Of a stretch of 64,000 nt of DNA, positions 1 to 12,538 are shown in pieces. The notes beneath the pieces were generated by a model. That model did no database searches. It was not told the DNA's origin and was given only the letters and a program-made list of their open reading frames with translations. Within the stretch, counting starts at the first letter, position 1, and every line of letters begins with the position of its first letter. A program made the translations under genes and the position numbers. The stretch comes from an uncultured Veillonella sp. (GTDB lineage: Bacteria > Bacillota > Negativicutes > Veillonellales > Veillonellaceae): positions 2,415-66,414 of the forward strand of contig USQK01000001.1 of the NCBI GenBank assembly GCA_900556785.1, in the 5' to 3' direction.

Positions 1-2
1 TA

Positions 3-2531
3 AATCAGTTGATTCAAGATGAACGTGCTCAATTAGTAGAAAAAGAGTCTAAGCTAGAAGCGTTAGAGGCTAATTATAAAAAAGCTGTTGAAGATGTTAG
101 CGCTGAACAAGCGAAGTTCCAGTCCTTGCAGTCTAATCGAGAAGCCTTTGAGCAACATCAATTAGAACTTGTGAGCGCCATTGAAACGGCAAAAGCTAGT
201 ATTCGTAGCTTAGAAGCTCGTAAGGAAGAGTCTACAAAACAATGTGAGGTTTTAAAGGCTGAAATAGGTCAAGTAGATAGTGAATTACAAGTAGCTCGCG
301 GTGAATTTGACACATTAGGCCAACAGTTTAATGCTATTTCTGCCCAACGACAAGCCCTCGTTGATGGCGGCAAAGAAGCAGCCTTACAAGCTCGTGAAGA
401 ACGCAAAGAATTACAAAAATTACGTACCCAAGAGCAACGTGTTAAAGGTCGTATCGAACTATTAGCCCAATGGGAAGAACAACATGAAGGCTATTTAGAA
501 GGTACTAAGAATATCCTAAACGGTAAAGGATCTTGGCGCAAACAAATTACAGGTGCTGTGGGTGATCTCTTTACGGTAGAAGATAAATATACTACGGCTA
601 TCGAAACGGCATTAGGTGGTAGTGTTAACCACGTTGTGACCACTACTGCTCGCGCTGCTGCTGAGGGTGTCAATTATTTGAAATCTATCCAAGGTGGCCG
701 CGTAACCTTCTTGCCGATGGATTCTGTAAAAGGAAAACCCTATGATACACCGGCTTTACATGAAAGTTGTGTAATCGGTACTGCTGTTGATTGTATTTCC
801 TTTGATAATACATACGCTCATATTTTCCAATACTTATTGGGGCGCACCTTGGTAGTATCCTCCATGGATGATGCTATTGGTCTGCAAAAAAAATATAATC
901 AACAATTGCGTATCGTTACGCTTACAGGGGAACAATTCCAACCTGGTGGCTCTTTAACTGGTGGTGCTACAAAGCGTAAGCGTGCCTCTGTATTGAGCCG
1001 TAAGGAAGAGGCGGCTAGCCTTGAACAAGAGCTATTGCAAATTGAAGAACAAATTCGTTCCTTAACAGCTAGCTTGGAAAACCTTGAAAAACGGGTTGAC
1101 GAAGCTGAAAAAGAACGAGCTACCCTTGATGAAAGCTACCAACATACGAACTTACTGTATGTGGCTAGCGAAACAAAGGTACAAAATATTCAAAATCAAA
1201 TGGATCGTAAGAAACGTGTTCTCCGTGAAGAAGAGCAACGTTTATTACAAATCGATATTGATTTAGCTAGTACAACGGCTAACTTGAAAGATCAAGAAAC
1301 AGCATTGGCTTCTTTGCAAGAAGACCACGGTGTAGATGGCAATCAAGGGGCCTTAATGGAGCGTTTAACTGTATTACAAAAAGAACAGCAAGAGGCTTAT
1401 GAATCTTTCACAGAGGCACGCCTCACCTGTGATACGTTGCGACAAACCATTAAGGAACGTGAAGCTCAGCGAGAACAACGTAATCAATCCATTGCTAACA
1501 TTGTAGAGCGACTAACACCGTTACGTAATTTGCTGATTAGCACTACAGAGCGCTATGAAGTAGAACTACCAAAGGCTAAAGAATTGGCTGACCGGGAACT
1601 ATCTGTGGCTACAGCAGAGGTAGAACGATTGCGCGCACTTCGCGATGAGGCTTATGATAAAACATCTACAGGACGTGAAGAGATGGAATCTATCCTTGGT
1701 GAGCAAGATCGATTGAACCAACGATATAAAGTCGTTCAAGGTCGACTCGTCGATATGGAAGGTAAGATTACACGTCATCGCATGGATTGTGAGCGTTTTG
1801 TAGAAGAACTACAAGAGTTAGGCTTTACCTTAGAAGATGCGCAGGCTCTTCGCATTGAAGGTTCTGTAAACGATTGGAAGGATGAGCAGGCTCGCTTGAT
1901 GGCAGAAATTGCAGAACTAGGCCCAGTCAATCCGAACGCTGTTGAAGAATATGAAGAAACTAAAGAGCGTTATGATTTCTTAACTACACAGTTAGCAGAT
2001 TTAGATACAGCGAAGGAGCAATTGCAAGCGGTTATTGCTGAAATGGACAAGGCTATGAGTACACAGCTATACGATGTATTAGATGTAGTAGGTCGTAGAT
2101 TCCAAGAGGTATTTAGCCAACTATTTGGCGGTGGTACGGCGCAAATTGTATTGACTGATCCAGATAATATCTTAACTGGTGGTATCGATTTCTATATTCA
2201 GCCGCCAGGGAAGAAGCGTCAACAATTGACCTTGTTATCCGGTGGTGAGCGTGCCCTTACGGTTATTGCTTTATTGTTCTCGTTCCTAGATTATCGTCCA
2301 GCGCCGTTCTGCGTGCTTGACGAAGTTGACGCAGCTCTTGATGAAGCCAATGTAGAACGATTTAGTTCTTACTTAAATCGGGTAAATAAAGAAACACAAT
2401 TTATCGTAGTATCGCACCGTAAAAAGACGATGGAAGCTGCCGAAGTATTACAAGGGGTGACCATGGTTGAACGAGGCGTATCGCGATTATTAACAGTAGC
2501 ATTTGAAGATGTGAAGGAGGATCTAGCATAA
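3..2531 (+). CDS. smc: Chromosome segregation protein SMC (5' truncated by window)
   Basis: Coiled coils, hinge region (GGRVTFLP, GGSLTGG), C-terminal LSGGE signature and LDEVDAALD Walker B; frame is open to the window start; followed by ftsY. Confidence 0.96.
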   Translation, partial: NQLIQDERAQLVEKESKLEALEANYKKAVEDVSAEQAKFQSLQSNREAFEQHQLELVSAIETAKASIRSLEARKEESTKQCEVLKAEIGQVDSELQVARGEFDTLGQQFNAISAQRQALVDGGKEAALQAREERKELQKLRTQEQRVKGRIELLAQWEEQHEGYLEGTKNILNGKGSWRKQITGAVGDLFTVEDKYTTAIETALGGSVNHVVTTTARAAAEGVNYLKSIQGGRVTFLPMDSVKGKPYDTPALHESCVIGTAVDCISFDNTYAHIFQYLLGRTLVVSSMDDAIGLQKKYNQQLRIVTLTGEQFQPGGSLTGGATKRKRASVLSRKEEAASLEQELLQIEEQIRSLTASLENLEKRVDEAEKERATLDESYQHTNLLYVASETKVQNIQNQMDRKKRVLREEEQRLLQIDIDLASTTANLKDQETALASLQEDHGVDGNQGALMERLTVLQKEQQEAYESFTEARLTCDTLRQTIKEREAQREQRNQSIANIVERLTPLRNLLISTTERYEVELPKAKELADRELSVATAEVERLRALRDEAYDKTSTGREEMESILGEQDRLNQRYKVVQGRLVDMEGKITRHRMDCERFVEELQELGFTLEDAQALRIEGSVNDWKDEQARLMAEIAELGPVNPNAVEEYEETKERYDFLTTQLADLDTAKEQLQAVIAEMDKAMSTQLYDVLDVVGRRFQEVFSQLFGGGTAQIVLTDPDNILTGGIDFYIQPPGKKRQQLTLLSGGERALTVIALLFSFLDYRPAPFCVLDEVDAALDEANVERFSSYLNRVNKETQFIVVSHRKKTMEAAEVLQGVTMVERGVSRLLTVAFEDVKEDLA

Positions 2532-3466
2532 TGGCATTTGGATTCTTTGATAGAATTAAAGACGGTTTAGAAAAAACTCGTAAGTCTTTTGTAAAAAATG
2601 TAGAAAGCATCGTTATTGGTTATGCGCAAATCGATGATGATTTTTTAGATGATTTAGAAGCAGTTATGCTTACTAGTGATCTAGGCCCTAAGACGACAGA
2701 ATACTTGATGAAAGAAATTCGTCGTGGTGTAACAGAAGGTATCATCAATCATACAGGCGATGTAATGCCGTTCATGGAAGACCGCATCACGGAAATGCTC
2801 ATCGATCAAGAAGATGAAATTACTTTGCACCATCCTGAGGTTATCCTCGTAGTTGGTGTAAATGGTGTTGGTAAAACAACGACAATCGCTAAATTGGCTA
2901 ATTATTATACTAAAGAAGGTAAAAAGGTTATCATTGCTGCAGGTGATACATTCCGTGCCGCTGCAGCTGACCAATTATCCATATGGGCTGATCGTGTTGG
3001 TGTGCCGATTGTTAAACATAAAGAAGGCGCAGATCCTGCTGCCGTTGTATATGATGCAATGGAAGCTGCGAAAGCTCGTAATGCAGACCTTGTTATCGTA
3101 GATACGGCTGGTCGTCTACATACTAAGGTTAACCTTATGGAAGAGCTTAAAAAGATGGGGCGCGTAGCGAATAATCACGTAGAAGGTGCGCCACATCAAA
3201 CATTGCTCGTATTAGATGGTACTACGGGTCAAAATGCAGTAAGCCAAGCTAAATTATTTGGTCAAGCCGTGCCAGTAAATGGTATTGTAGTAACTAAATT
3301 AGATGGTACAGCTAAAGGTGGTGTAGTTATCTCTATTAAAGAGGAACTAGGCGTACCCGTACGCTGGATTGGCGTTGGCGAAGGTATGGATGACTTGCGT
3401 CCATTTAATGCAAAAGAATTTGCTAATGCATTATTTAATAAAGGAATGATTCAAGGTGACAAATAA
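2531..3466 (+). CDS. ftsY: SRP receptor FtsY
   Basis: [22 protein letters not shown] and [10 protein letters not shown] motifs; TAATG overlap with the smc stop. Confidence 0.97.
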   Translation: MAFGFFDRIKDGLEKTRKSFVKNVESIVIGYAQIDDDFLDDLEAVMLTSDLGPKTTEYLMKEIRRGVTEGIINHTGDVMPFMEDRITEMLIDQEDEITLHHPEVILVVGVNGVGKTTTIAKLANYYTKEGKKVIIAAGDTFRAAAADQLSIWADRVGVPIVKHKEGADPAAVVYDAMEAAKARNADLVIVDTAGRLHTKVNLMEELKKMGRVANNHVEGAPHQTLLVLDGTTGQNAVSQAKLFGQAVPVNGIVVTKLDGTAKGGVVISIKEELGVPVRWIGVGEGMDDLRPFNAKEFANALFNKGMIQGDK

Positions 3467-3839
3467 ATATAACCGGGAATTCTTACTTGAATATGTAGAA
3501 TCTGAAAATAAAAAAAATGAATGTAATGTTAGCCTAGAAAATATGAATAAGATTGTTAGCTTAATCGAGTACTTTGGTATTGAACTATATCGCCCCATTA
3601 CGCGATTGCTACTTTCAAACTGGGAAGAAATTACAGATCGTATTAATAACTATACTGAATCAGATTGGATGATGGCTGATGAAATCCAAAAGACTACACC
3701 TACATTAGATCGCTTCTCCATTGCTATGCTCATCGAAGTATTAGAAGGTGAGGATACGTTGAACCAAGCAGAAAATGCAGGTCGCCGTCTTTCAGAGGAA
3801 GAGCTCAAAGCTATCCGTAAACATCAGGATGAACAGTAA
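3456..3839 (+). CDS. Hypothetical acidic protein, 127 aa
   Basis: Fills the ftsY-uvrB gap and overlaps both; GTG start; no motif recognised. Confidence 0.75.
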   Translation: MTNKYNREFLLEYVESENKKNECNVSLENMNKIVSLIEYFGIELYRPITRLLLSNWEEITDRINNYTESDWMMADEIQKTTPTLDRFSIAMLIEVLEGEDTLNQAENAGRRLSEEELKAIRKHQDEQ

Positions 3840-6013
3840 TGAAACATAATACATATAATTACGAAGGGGGCCAACCATTTAAAGTGGAGGCGCCCTTTAC
3901 GCCTACAGGGGACCAACCAACTGCGATTCAATCTTTAACTGAAGGTATTGAACGCGGTGAATGGGCCCAAGTTTTGCTCGGTGCTACTGGTACAGGTAAG
4001 ACTTTTACTATGGCTAAGGTTATAGAGGCTGTTCAAAAGCCAACGCTGATTATTGCCCATAATAAAACCTTAGCTGCGCAGCTATGTAGTGAGTTTAAAA
4101 GCTTCTTCCCTAATAATGCGGTAGAATACTTTGTATCTTACTACGATTTCTACCAACCAGAAGCGTATATTCCTTCTAGCGATACATACATCGAGAAGGA
4201 TGCGTCTATCAATGATGAAATCGATAAACTGCGACATAGCGCTACGATGAGCCTCTTTGAGCGTCGCGATGTGATCATCGTTGCCTCTGTTAGCTGTATT
4301 TACGGCTTAGGTGACCCTGAGGACTACTCTGAACTCGTGTTGTCTTTGCGCTTAGGGCAGACGAAATCTCGTGATGAAATTCTGTCTAAACTCGTAGATA
4401 TTCAATATACGAGAAATGATATGAACTTTATCCGCGGTACCTTCCGTGTACAAGGGGATACTATCGAGATTTTCCCTGCTGCCTATAGTGAAAGAGCCAT
4501 TCGAGTGGAACTCTTCGGCGATGAAATCGATCGCCTCGTTGAGGTAGATGCTTTGACTGGTGAAGTGATTGCTGAACGCAAGCACGTTGCGGTCTATCCA
4601 GCATCTCACTATGTAACAACGAAAGATAAGATGCGTATTGCTGTAGAGCGTATTGAAGCTGAATTAGACGAACAATTAGCTAAGTTGAAAGCTGCTGACC
4701 GTCTATTAGAGGCTCAACGTCTTGAACAGCGTACCCGTTACGATATAGAAATGATGCAAGAAATGGGCTATTGCTCAGGCATCGAAAACTATTCCCGCCA
4801 CATGTCTGAACGTAAGGCTGGAGAGGCACCATACACATTGATAGACTATTTCCCAGATGACTTCCTCATCATGGTGGACGAGTCTCATGTAACCATTCCT
4901 CAAGTACGTGCCATGTACAATGGTGACCGTGCGCGTAAAGAATCACTGATCGAATATGGCTTCCGTCTGCCGTCTGCGCTTGATAATAGACCGCTTCAAT
5001 TCGATGAGTTCGTGGAGCGTATCAATCAAATCGTTTATGTATCGGCAACGCCTGGTCCATATGAAATGGAAGTACAAACGAATGTGGCAGAGCAAATTAT
5101 TCGTCCTACCGGTCTACTTGATCCATCCATTGAGATTCGTCCTATTAAGGGACAAATGGATGACTTGCTCGGTGAAATTCATAAGCGTGCTGCCAAGAAT
5201 GAGCGTGTCCTCGTTACGACCTTAACGAAGAAGATGGCTGAGGATTTAACAGAGTTCTTGAAGGAAATGGGCGTCCGCGTTCGATACCTTCATTCTGATA
5301 TCGTTACTATCGAGCGCGCTGAAATTATTCGTGACTTACGAGCTGGTGTATTCGATGTACTAGTTGGTATCAACTTGCTTCGTGAAGGTCTTGATATGCC
5401 AGAGGTTTCTTTAGTGGCTATCTTAGATGCGGATAAAGAAGGTTTCTTGCGCTCCGATACAGCTATGATTCAAACTATTGGTCGTGCTGCTCGTAATGTG
5501 AATGGTCACGTTATCATGTACGCTGATCGTGTAACAGGTTCTATGCAGCGCGCCATTGATGAAACAGATCGTCGTCGTGCCGTACAAGAGGCTTATAATA
5601 TTGAACATAATATTACGCCTAAGTCTGTCTCTAAAGACGTCAAAGAGCTTATTGAGTTGACGAAAATTGAAGAAGATATGGTCACCGATGGAAAGGACTT
5701 TTCACCGAAGAAAGGGAAAAAGAAATCCTCTACAACGGGTATGGACCATGGACACGAGCCATATGCACAAGATATATCTAGTCCTAAGGTGGCAGATATA
5801 ACGCCGGAAGAGTTATTCAATAAAATTGAAGAGCTTGATCGTCAAATGAAGGCCGCTGCAAAGCAGCTTGAATTTGAAAAGGCTGCAAAACTTCGTGATC
5901 AATTAGGGGAACTACGTCAACAATGGTCCGATATGCATAGTGCAGGTGAAAGCAAGTTAAAAAAAACTGCATCAACTAAAGGTAGAAAGCGGACTAGCTC
6001 AAAGAGTAAATAG
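3839..6013 (+). CDS. uvrB: Excinuclease ABC subunit B
   Basis: [30 protein letters not shown]-terminal UVR domain ([13 protein letters not shown]). Confidence 0.98.
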   Translation: MKHNTYNYEGGQPFKVEAPFTPTGDQPTAIQSLTEGIERGEWAQVLLGATGTGKTFTMAKVIEAVQKPTLIIAHNKTLAAQLCSEFKSFFPNNAVEYFVSYYDFYQPEAYIPSSDTYIEKDASINDEIDKLRHSATMSLFERRDVIIVASVSCIYGLGDPEDYSELVLSLRLGQTKSRDEILSKLVDIQYTRNDMNFIRGTFRVQGDTIEIFPAAYSERAIRVELFGDEIDRLVEVDALTGEVIAERKHVAVYPASHYVTTKDKMRIAVERIEAELDEQLAKLKAADRLLEAQRLEQRTRYDIEMMQEMGYCSGIENYSRHMSERKAGEAPYTLIDYFPDDFLIMVDESHVTIPQVRAMYNGDRARKESLIEYGFRLPSALDNRPLQFDEFVERINQIVYVSATPGPYEMEVQTNVAEQIIRPTGLLDPSIEIRPIKGQMDDLLGEIHKRAAKNERVLVTTLTKKMAEDLTEFLKEMGVRVRYLHSDIVTIERAEIIRDLRAGVFDVLVGINLLREGLDMPEVSLVAILDADKEGFLRSDTAMIQTIGRAARNVNGHVIMYADRVTGSMQRAIDETDRRRAVQEAYNIEHNITPKSVSKDVKELIELTKIEEDMVTDGKDFSPKKGKKKSSTTGMDHGHEPYAQDISSPKVADITPEELFNKIEELDRQMKAAAKQLEFEKAAKLRDQLGELRQQWSDMHSAGESKLKKTASTKGRKRTSSKSK

Positions 6014-6086
6014 ATTGTAATAAAACACATAGATTATATAGACTATATGTGCGATAATATACATATATTATTTCATGTTAGTAAAC

Positions 6087-6118
6087 AGAGAGATGATGCC
6101 GATTGGTATCATCTCTTT
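6087..6118 (+). terminator. Hairpin between uvrB and uvrA
   Basis: AGAGATGATGCC-GATT-GGTATCATCTCT 12-bp stem; weak U-tail; lies just upstream of the uvrA RBS. Confidence 0.5.
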
Positions 6119-6132
6119 AAATAGGGAATATA

Positions 6133-8985
6133 ATGAAAGATCAATTGATTGTAAAAGGTGCGCGTCAGCATAACCTTAAAAATATAGATATATCCTTACC
6201 ACGGGACCAGTTTATTGTGTTGACAGGCCTCAGTGGTTCTGGTAAATCGTCTTTAGCATTTGATACAATTTACGCAGAAGGGCAACGACGCTATGTAGAG
6301 TCTTTATCTGCTTATGCACGTCAATTCTTGGGACAAATGGATAAACCCGATGTAGACTATATTGAAGGTTTATCTCCAGCTATTTCTATCGATCAAAAGA
6401 CCACAAGCCGTAACCCTCGTTCTACAGTTGGTACTGTAACGGAGATTTACGATTACTTGCGTCTATTATTTGCTCGCGTAGGTCATGCTCATTGTCCTGA
6501 ATGTGGTAAGCCTATTACACAGCAAACAATACAACAAATGACAGATGACGTAATGAGCTTCCCAGAAGGTACTAAGATTTTAGTATTAGCCCCTATGATT
6601 CAAGGGAAAAAAGGGGAGCATAAATCTGTCTTTGACCAACTTCGAAAAGAAGGCTTTGTTCGTGCCCGTGTAGATGGCGTTGTACGTACATTAGATGAAG
6701 ATATTATATTAGAGAAAAATAAAAAACATTCCATCGATATCGTCGTAGACCGTCTCGTTGTAAAAGAAGGTATTGAATCTCGCTTAGCAGACTCTATGGA
6801 GACCGCATCAAAATGGGCAGAAGGCATTGTAGTTATCCAAGAGGTAGATGGACCTGAACATATGTATAGCCAACACTTTGCATGTCCAGATTGCCATATT
6901 TCCTTACCGAAAATTGAGCCACGTATGTTCTCCTTTAATAGTCCATTTGGTGCCTGTCCAGCTTGTTTGGGAATTGGCTCTACCATGGAAGTAGACGAAG
7001 AACGCGTTATTCCAGATGGATCTATTACCTTTGCCGATGGTTGTGTACAAGCGTTGAGCTCTAACCCTAATGCATGGTTTATGCGCCAAGTAGAAGGTCT
7101 ATTAAAAGCTAATGGCTACTCTTTAGATTCTACTTATGATGAATTGCCAAAAGCATTACAGAAAAAAGTAATGTACGGCACTACAGATAAGGTTGCTTTC
7201 ACGTACGAAAATATGCGCGGTGAAGTGAAGGAATTCTTTACTGAGTACGAAGGTATTTTACCGATGGTAAAACGCCGTCATAGTGAAGCCTCTACAGATT
7301 CCATGCGCGAAGAGTTTGAAAAATTTATGTCTATTAAGCCTTGTACTACATGCCATGGTGCTCGTCTTAAACCTGAAGTATTAGCTATAACCGTAGGGGA
7401 TAAGAACATCAATGAAGTGACCCAATTGACCATTAAAGAAGCACTCGATTTCTTTGGTAAGTTACAGTTGACAGAGCGGGAACAAGTGATTGGGGCTCAA
7501 ATTTTGAAGGAAATCAATGCTCGTCTTGGGTTCCTCAATAATGTAGGCCTTGATTATCTTACTATGAACCGTAGTGCAGGTACTTTGTCTGGTGGTGAAG
7601 CGCAACGTATTCGTCTAGCTACGCAAATCGGCTCTGGTTTGGTAGGTGTATTGTACATCCTAGATGAACCGTCTATAGGTCTACATCAACGAGATAATGA
7701 TCGACTCATCGATACCTTAAAAGGCTTACGGGACTTAGGTAATACATTGCTCGTCGTAGAACACGACGAAGATACGATGCGTGCGGCTGATTATCTCGTG
7801 GACATTGGTCCCGGTGCAGGTGAGCATGGCGGTCAAATTATTGCCGCTGGTTCTGTTGAGGAAGTGATGAAGGTAAAAGACTCTATTACTGGTCAGTATT
7901 TGAGCGGTCGTAAATTTATCGCCCTTCCTGAAGAACGCCGTAAACCAGGTAAGAACTGCATTGAAATTCGGGGTGCTAAGGAAAATAATTTACAAAATGT
8001 AAATGTAAAATTCCCTATTGGCTTATTCAATGTTGTTACTGGTGTCAGCGGTTCTGGTAAGTCTACCTTGATTAATGAAATTCTCTACAAAGGTTTAGCT
8101 AATCAATTATATCGTTCTAACCATAAAGTTGGGGCTCATAAAGAAATCCGTGGTCTTGAACATATTGATAAAATCATCAATATCGACCAAAGTCCTATCG
8201 GTCGTACACCGCGCTCTAATCCAGCTACCTATACAGGTGTATTTGATGCTATACGCGAGCTCTATAGTCAAACACCGGAAGCAAAGATGCGCGGCTACAA
8301 ACAAGGGCGCTTTAGCTTTAACGTAAAAGGTGGACGCTGTGAAGCTTGTCGTGGTGATGGTATCATCAAAATTGAAATGCACTTCTTACCAGATGTGTAC
8401 GTACCTTGTGAGGTTTGTAAGGGAGCCCGTTATAATCGAGAAACCTTAGAGGTTAAATACAAAGGCAAATCTATTGCCGATGTCTTAGATATGACCGTAG
8501 ACGATGCAGTAGAATTCTTTAGTGCCATCCCTAAAATTTATCGTAAGATGGTTACCTTACAAGAGGTAGGTCTTGGCTATATTCGTTTAGGTCAAGCCGC
8601 AACAACCCTATCTGGTGGTGAAGCACAACGCGTTAAATTAGCTACTGAATTAGCTCGTCGTAGCACAGGTAAAACATTGTACATCCTAGATGAACCGACT
8701 ACAGGTCTTCACGCCGAAGATATTCGCAAGTTATTACACGTATTGCAACAACTCGTAGAGGGTGGCGATACCGTTGTAGTTATCGAGCATAATTTAGATG
8801 TCATTAAGATGGCAGACCACATCATAGACCTCGGTCCTGAAGGTGGTAATCGCGGTGGTACTATCGTAGCTACAGGTACACCTGAGGAAATCGTTAAGGT
8901 GAAAGAAAGCTATACCGGCAAATTCTTAGGTCCTGTATTAGAACAGACTAAGAAATTTATGAAAGCAGCTCAAAAGAAGAAATAA
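6133..8985 (+). CDS. uvrA: Excinuclease ABC subunit A
   Basis: Two ABC ATPase modules ([16 protein letters not shown], two LSGGEAQR) and CxxC zinc fingers. Confidence 0.98.
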   Translation: MKDQLIVKGARQHNLKNIDISLPRDQFIVLTGLSGSGKSSLAFDTIYAEGQRRYVESLSAYARQFLGQMDKPDVDYIEGLSPAISIDQKTTSRNPRSTVGTVTEIYDYLRLLFARVGHAHCPECGKPITQQTIQQMTDDVMSFPEGTKILVLAPMIQGKKGEHKSVFDQLRKEGFVRARVDGVVRTLDEDIILEKNKKHSIDIVVDRLVVKEGIESRLADSMETASKWAEGIVVIQEVDGPEHMYSQHFACPDCHISLPKIEPRMFSFNSPFGACPACLGIGSTMEVDEERVIPDGSITFADGCVQALSSNPNAWFMRQVEGLLKANGYSLDSTYDELPKALQKKVMYGTTDKVAFTYENMRGEVKEFFTEYEGILPMVKRRHSEASTDSMREEFEKFMSIKPCTTCHGARLKPEVLAITVGDKNINEVTQLTIKEALDFFGKLQLTEREQVIGAQILKEINARLGFLNNVGLDYLTMNRSAGTLSGGEAQRIRLATQIGSGLVGVLYILDEPSIGLHQRDNDRLIDTLKGLRDLGNTLLVVEHDEDTMRAADYLVDIGPGAGEHGGQIIAAGSVEEVMKVKDSITGQYLSGRKFIALPEERRKPGKNCIEIRGAKENNLQNVNVKFPIGLFNVVTGVSGSGKSTLINEILYKGLANQLYRSNHKVGAHKEIRGLEHIDKIINIDQSPIGRTPRSNPATYTGVFDAIRELYSQTPEAKMRGYKQGRFSFNVKGGRCEACRGDGIIKIEMHFLPDVYVPCEVCKGARYNRETLEVKYKGKSIADVLDMTVDDAVEFFSAIPKIYRKMVTLQEVGLGYIRLGQAATTLSGGEAQRVKLATELARRSTGKTLYILDEPTTGLHAEDIRKLLHVLQQLVEGGDTVVVIEHNLDVIKMADHIIDLGPEGGNRGGTIVATGTPEEIVKVKESYTGKFLGPVLEQTKKFMKAAQKKK

Positions 8986-9028
8986 TAGTGCGTACAAAGC
9001 TTAAAAATCTACGAGGAAAGGAGGACAT

Positions 9029-10855
9029 ATGCCATCTGAAGAATTACTAGAGAAGGTCAGTCATTTACCGACTACACCAGGTGTGTATTTATGGCGTGAT
9101 CAGTACAACCGCATCATCTATGTAGGTAAGGCTATCAATTTGCGAAATCGCGTGCGTTCTTATGTGCGTAATGATGCTAACCGAGCACCTAAGGTTGCGG
9201 CTATGATGAAGCGTGCCGTTGATGTGGAGATTATCCAAACAAAGACAGAGATGGAAGCGCTCATCTTAGAGAACACGCTTATTAAGGAGCATGAGCCTAA
9301 ATACAATATTAGGCTTCGCGATGATAAAACGTATCCGTATGTAAAAATTTCAGTACAAGAGGACTACCCACGTGTATATATGACACGCCGACTAGAACGC
9401 GATGGAGCCAAGTACTTTGGCCCTTTTACAGATGTAACATCAGTTCATGTAGTACTAAAATTGATTCGTCAGTATTATCCTTTGCGTACCTGTAAATCTA
9501 TGAAGGTAGAGAGACCGTGTTTACAGTACCACATGCATTACTGTGAAGCACCGTGCTTTAACAAGATTTCCGTATCGGATTATCGAAAGTATATCGATGA
9601 AATCATAGAACTCTTTGAAGGTAAGCCTATCCCTTTGCTGAAGGAAATTAAAGAGAAGATGGAGCTTGCTGCAGAAGACTTACGCTTTGAAGATGCAGCA
9701 CGCTATCGAGATCAGCTAACTAGTATAGAAAAAATCCAAGAAAAACAGCGCATGGTTACACAGCGTGGCGACTTAGACGTGTTAGGTATTGCAGTGGATA
9801 CCTCGATGGCTTGTGTACAGTTATTATTCATCCGTGGTGGCCGACTATTAGGCCGTGAGAACTACTTTGTACAACATGATGGAGATAGTCAAGAAACTAT
9901 CATGACGGACTTTATCAAGCAATACTATGGAGATACAAACTTCATTCCAAAGGAATTATTATTACCTATGGATAGCACCGATAGAGACTTGTTAAAGGAA
10001 TGGTTTACACAGCTTAAAGGTCAGAATGTAGACGTATCTGTGCCACAGCGTGGTTATAAGATGGACATGATTAAAATGGCTCATGAGAATGCAGAAACCT
10101 TCCTAGAAGAGCGTCGTCGTCAGTGGCAACACCAAATTGATAAGACCGGTGGGGCTGTTAAAAAATTAGCTGAAGTCCTAGACTTGCCGCGATTACCAGA
10201 GCGTATGGAATGTTTCGATATTTCCCATACACAAGGGGCCGAAACGGTGGCGTCTATGGTTGTCTTTGAAGGCGGTAAGCCTGCGAAGAAGGAGTATCGT
10301 CGTTTTAAATTGAAAACTACGCAAGGTAAACCTGATGACTTTAAGTCTATGGCTGAAATTATGGAACGACGCTATGGTAATGAAACAGATTGGCCTATGC
10401 CAGACCTCATTATTATCGATGGTGGTAAAGGTCAGCTCAATGCAGCATTGCCGTTGATTCGCAGTGTAGGTGTTACCGATGTACCTGTTATTTCTTTAGC
10501 TAAGCGTATTGAAGAGGTCTTTGTAGAAGGACAATCTGAAAGCATCATCTTAAGCCATCACACACCAGAGCTTCAATTGCTTCAACAAATACGTGATGAA
10601 GCCCATCGTTTTGCTATTACGTACCATCGTAAGCTACGTGGAAAACGTAATTTGGAATCCATTTTAGATCACATTGAAGGGATTGGCCCTAAACGCCGCA
10701 AAGCCTTGTGGGCACATTTCAATAGTTTAGAGGCTATGAAAGAGGCATCTATTGATGAGCTTTCAAAGGTGGAATCTATGAACTATAAGACGGCAGAAAC
10801 ACTATATAATTTCTTCCGCATGTCTAAGGTAGAAAAACAAGATATGTTGAAATAA
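9029..10855 (+). CDS. uvrC: Excinuclease ABC subunit C
   Basis: GIY-YIG N-terminus (PGVY, IYVGKA), ECFDISH, IDGGKGQ, RDEAHRFA, HhH (GIGPKR). Confidence 0.98.
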   Translation: MPSEELLEKVSHLPTTPGVYLWRDQYNRIIYVGKAINLRNRVRSYVRNDANRAPKVAAMMKRAVDVEIIQTKTEMEALILENTLIKEHEPKYNIRLRDDKTYPYVKISVQEDYPRVYMTRRLERDGAKYFGPFTDVTSVHVVLKLIRQYYPLRTCKSMKVERPCLQYHMHYCEAPCFNKISVSDYRKYIDEIIELFEGKPIPLLKEIKEKMELAAEDLRFEDAARYRDQLTSIEKIQEKQRMVTQRGDLDVLGIAVDTSMACVQLLFIRGGRLLGRENYFVQHDGDSQETIMTDFIKQYYGDTNFIPKELLLPMDSTDRDLLKEWFTQLKGQNVDVSVPQRGYKMDMIKMAHENAETFLEERRRQWQHQIDKTGGAVKKLAEVLDLPRLPERMECFDISHTQGAETVASMVVFEGGKPAKKEYRRFKLKTTQGKPDDFKSMAEIMERRYGNETDWPMPDLIIIDGGKGQLNAALPLIRSVGVTDVPVISLAKRIEEVFVEGQSESIILSHHTPELQLLQQIRDEAHRFAITYHRKLRGKRNLESILDHIEGIGPKRRKALWAHFNSLEAMKEASIDELSKVESMNYKTAETLYNFFRMSKVEKQDMLK

Positions 10856-10885
10856 AAAAGAGCATCTTATTTGAGATGCTCTTTT
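10856..10885. terminator. Bidirectional intrinsic terminator between convergent uvrC and MATE genes
   Basis: AAAAGAGCATCTTA-TT-TGAGATGCTCTTTT inverted repeat with A/T tails. Confidence 0.85.
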
Positions 10886-10903
10886 ACTGTATAAGTATGT
10901 TAT

Positions 10904-12247
10904 TTATTTTGGTTGACGCTGGATGTACCAAGTACGCCAAGTGAACAATACACCTGCTACTAGTACGCTAGCGAGTAACCCAATCCATACGCCAAATGGT
11001 CCGTAATTAGGATTATTAGCGAGAATATAGGCGGTTGGGAAGCATACGCCCCAATAGGATATGAGGGAGATATAAAGAACGACTTTTACATCTTTATAGG
11101 CTCTCAATATACCTTGTAAAGGGGTTCCGATGGCATCGATAGCAGAGAAGAATACACCGTATCCAAGGAAGCTGTAGATAAGCTTGTATACTTCATCATC
11201 ATTTGTAAAGAGATCTGCAATAGCGTCCATATTAGTAAACGTAAATGTACAAATCATGATAGCCAATACAATGGCTAAGATGCGAGAAATATAAGAGTAC
11301 TGGATAGCCTCTTGTTTACGACCTGCCCCAAGTTCATAAGCAACTGCAATAGTAGAGGCCATAGCGATACTAAGAGGTAAACAGTAGAATACATTTGTAA
11401 AGGAAATAACAGATTGATGAGCAGCTACGACGGCGGATCCAAAGTGAACCATCAAGAGTCCAGCAATACTAAAAATACTAGCTTCTAAGAATATGGAAAA
11501 GCCAATAGGAATACCTATATGTAGCTGTTCGCGAATGTAGTGAAAACTTGGTTTACTGAAGTCTTTAAAGATACGATATCCCTTTAGCTTTGGATGTAAT
11601 AGTAATACTAAGCTAAAGAGAATAAAGTTAGTCCAACAAGCACCGGCTATACCATAGCCAGCACCGACACCACCGATCTCTGGAAATCCGAAATGCCCAA
11701 AGATGAGTGCGTAGTTCAAAAATACGTTCACAATAAAGCTAGTAAATACGATGGCCATAGAATAATGTGTTAATCCATGACTGTCGACGGTATTGCGCAA
11801 TGTATTAACCCAAAGTAGTGGGAATAGACCTATGGCAAATGCTTTCAGGTAACTAATACATACCTCAGCTGCAGCAGGTTCCAGATTTAATGCTGTCAGA
11901 AGAGGGCGTAAGCCTAAGAGACCAATTATTAAAATGATACATGCTAGGCCTGTACCGATATACAGACCTTGATAAAAGATTGTTGAAATATCATCGGTTT
12001 TCTTAGCTCCTAATAGCTGAGAAATAATTGGTGTGATACCTAACAACGTTCCTTGTGCAAAGATATAGAAGAGGAGCCATAAATTATACCCCGTAGCAAC
12101 CCCAGCTAAATCTATTGTACTATATTGTCCCGTTAAAAAGATGGCTATAAATGTACCACCTATAAGGGAAAATTGCGTTATGCACATAGGAGTAAATAGC
12201 TTAATGAACAACCATAACTTTTGTAATATAGAATATGTTTGATACAT
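10904..12247 (-). CDS. MATE family (NorM-like) efflux transporter
   Basis: Multiple TM segments, GIPIG..LEASIF, LQGILRAYKD, GVWIGL; start set at ATG 12247 after a GGGAGG RBS. Confidence 0.9.
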   Translation of the reverse strand: MYQTYSILQKLWLFIKLFTPMCITQFSLIGGTFIAIFLTGQYSTIDLAGVATGYNLWLLFYIFAQGTLLGITPIISQLLGAKKTDDISTIFYQGLYIGTGLACIILIIGLLGLRPLLTALNLEPAAAEVCISYLKAFAIGLFPLLWVNTLRNTVDSHGLTHYSMAIVFTSFIVNVFLNYALIFGHFGFPEIGGVGAGYGIAGACWTNFILFSLVLLLHPKLKGYRIFKDFSKPSFHYIREQLHIGIPIGFSIFLEASIFSIAGLLMVHFGSAVVAAHQSVISFTNVFYCLPLSIAMASTIAVAYELGAGRKQEAIQYSYISRILAIVLAIMICTFTFTNMDAIADLFTNDDEVYKLIYSFLGYGVFFSAIDAIGTPLQGILRAYKDVKVVLYISLISYWGVCFPTAYILANNPNYGPFGVWIGLLASVLVAGVLFTWRTWYIQRQPK

Positions 12248-12538
12248 ATTTACCTCCCTTATTAATGATATATTATACGATATCATAAAGTAGTCTAATT
12301 TAATAGATAAATTCCTTGAGAATTGGGAATTAAATATATAGTATTGATTAGTCTATTATGAATCTATAATTAATGATTTTTTTATATCGTAGAACTTCTA
12401 TTTGTAGTGTTATGCTTCTCATATTAATATGAATGGAGTATGCTAAAAATGAATATATATTTTACAAATTGAATTTTACACTACTGAACTATATCGATTA
12501 TAATATATATACTATAGTTATATTCTAAGGAGGATACA

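Noticed and set aside
6014..6132. LexA/SOS box upstream of uvrA
   Set aside because: No GAAC-N4-GTTC match seen; only a hairpin.
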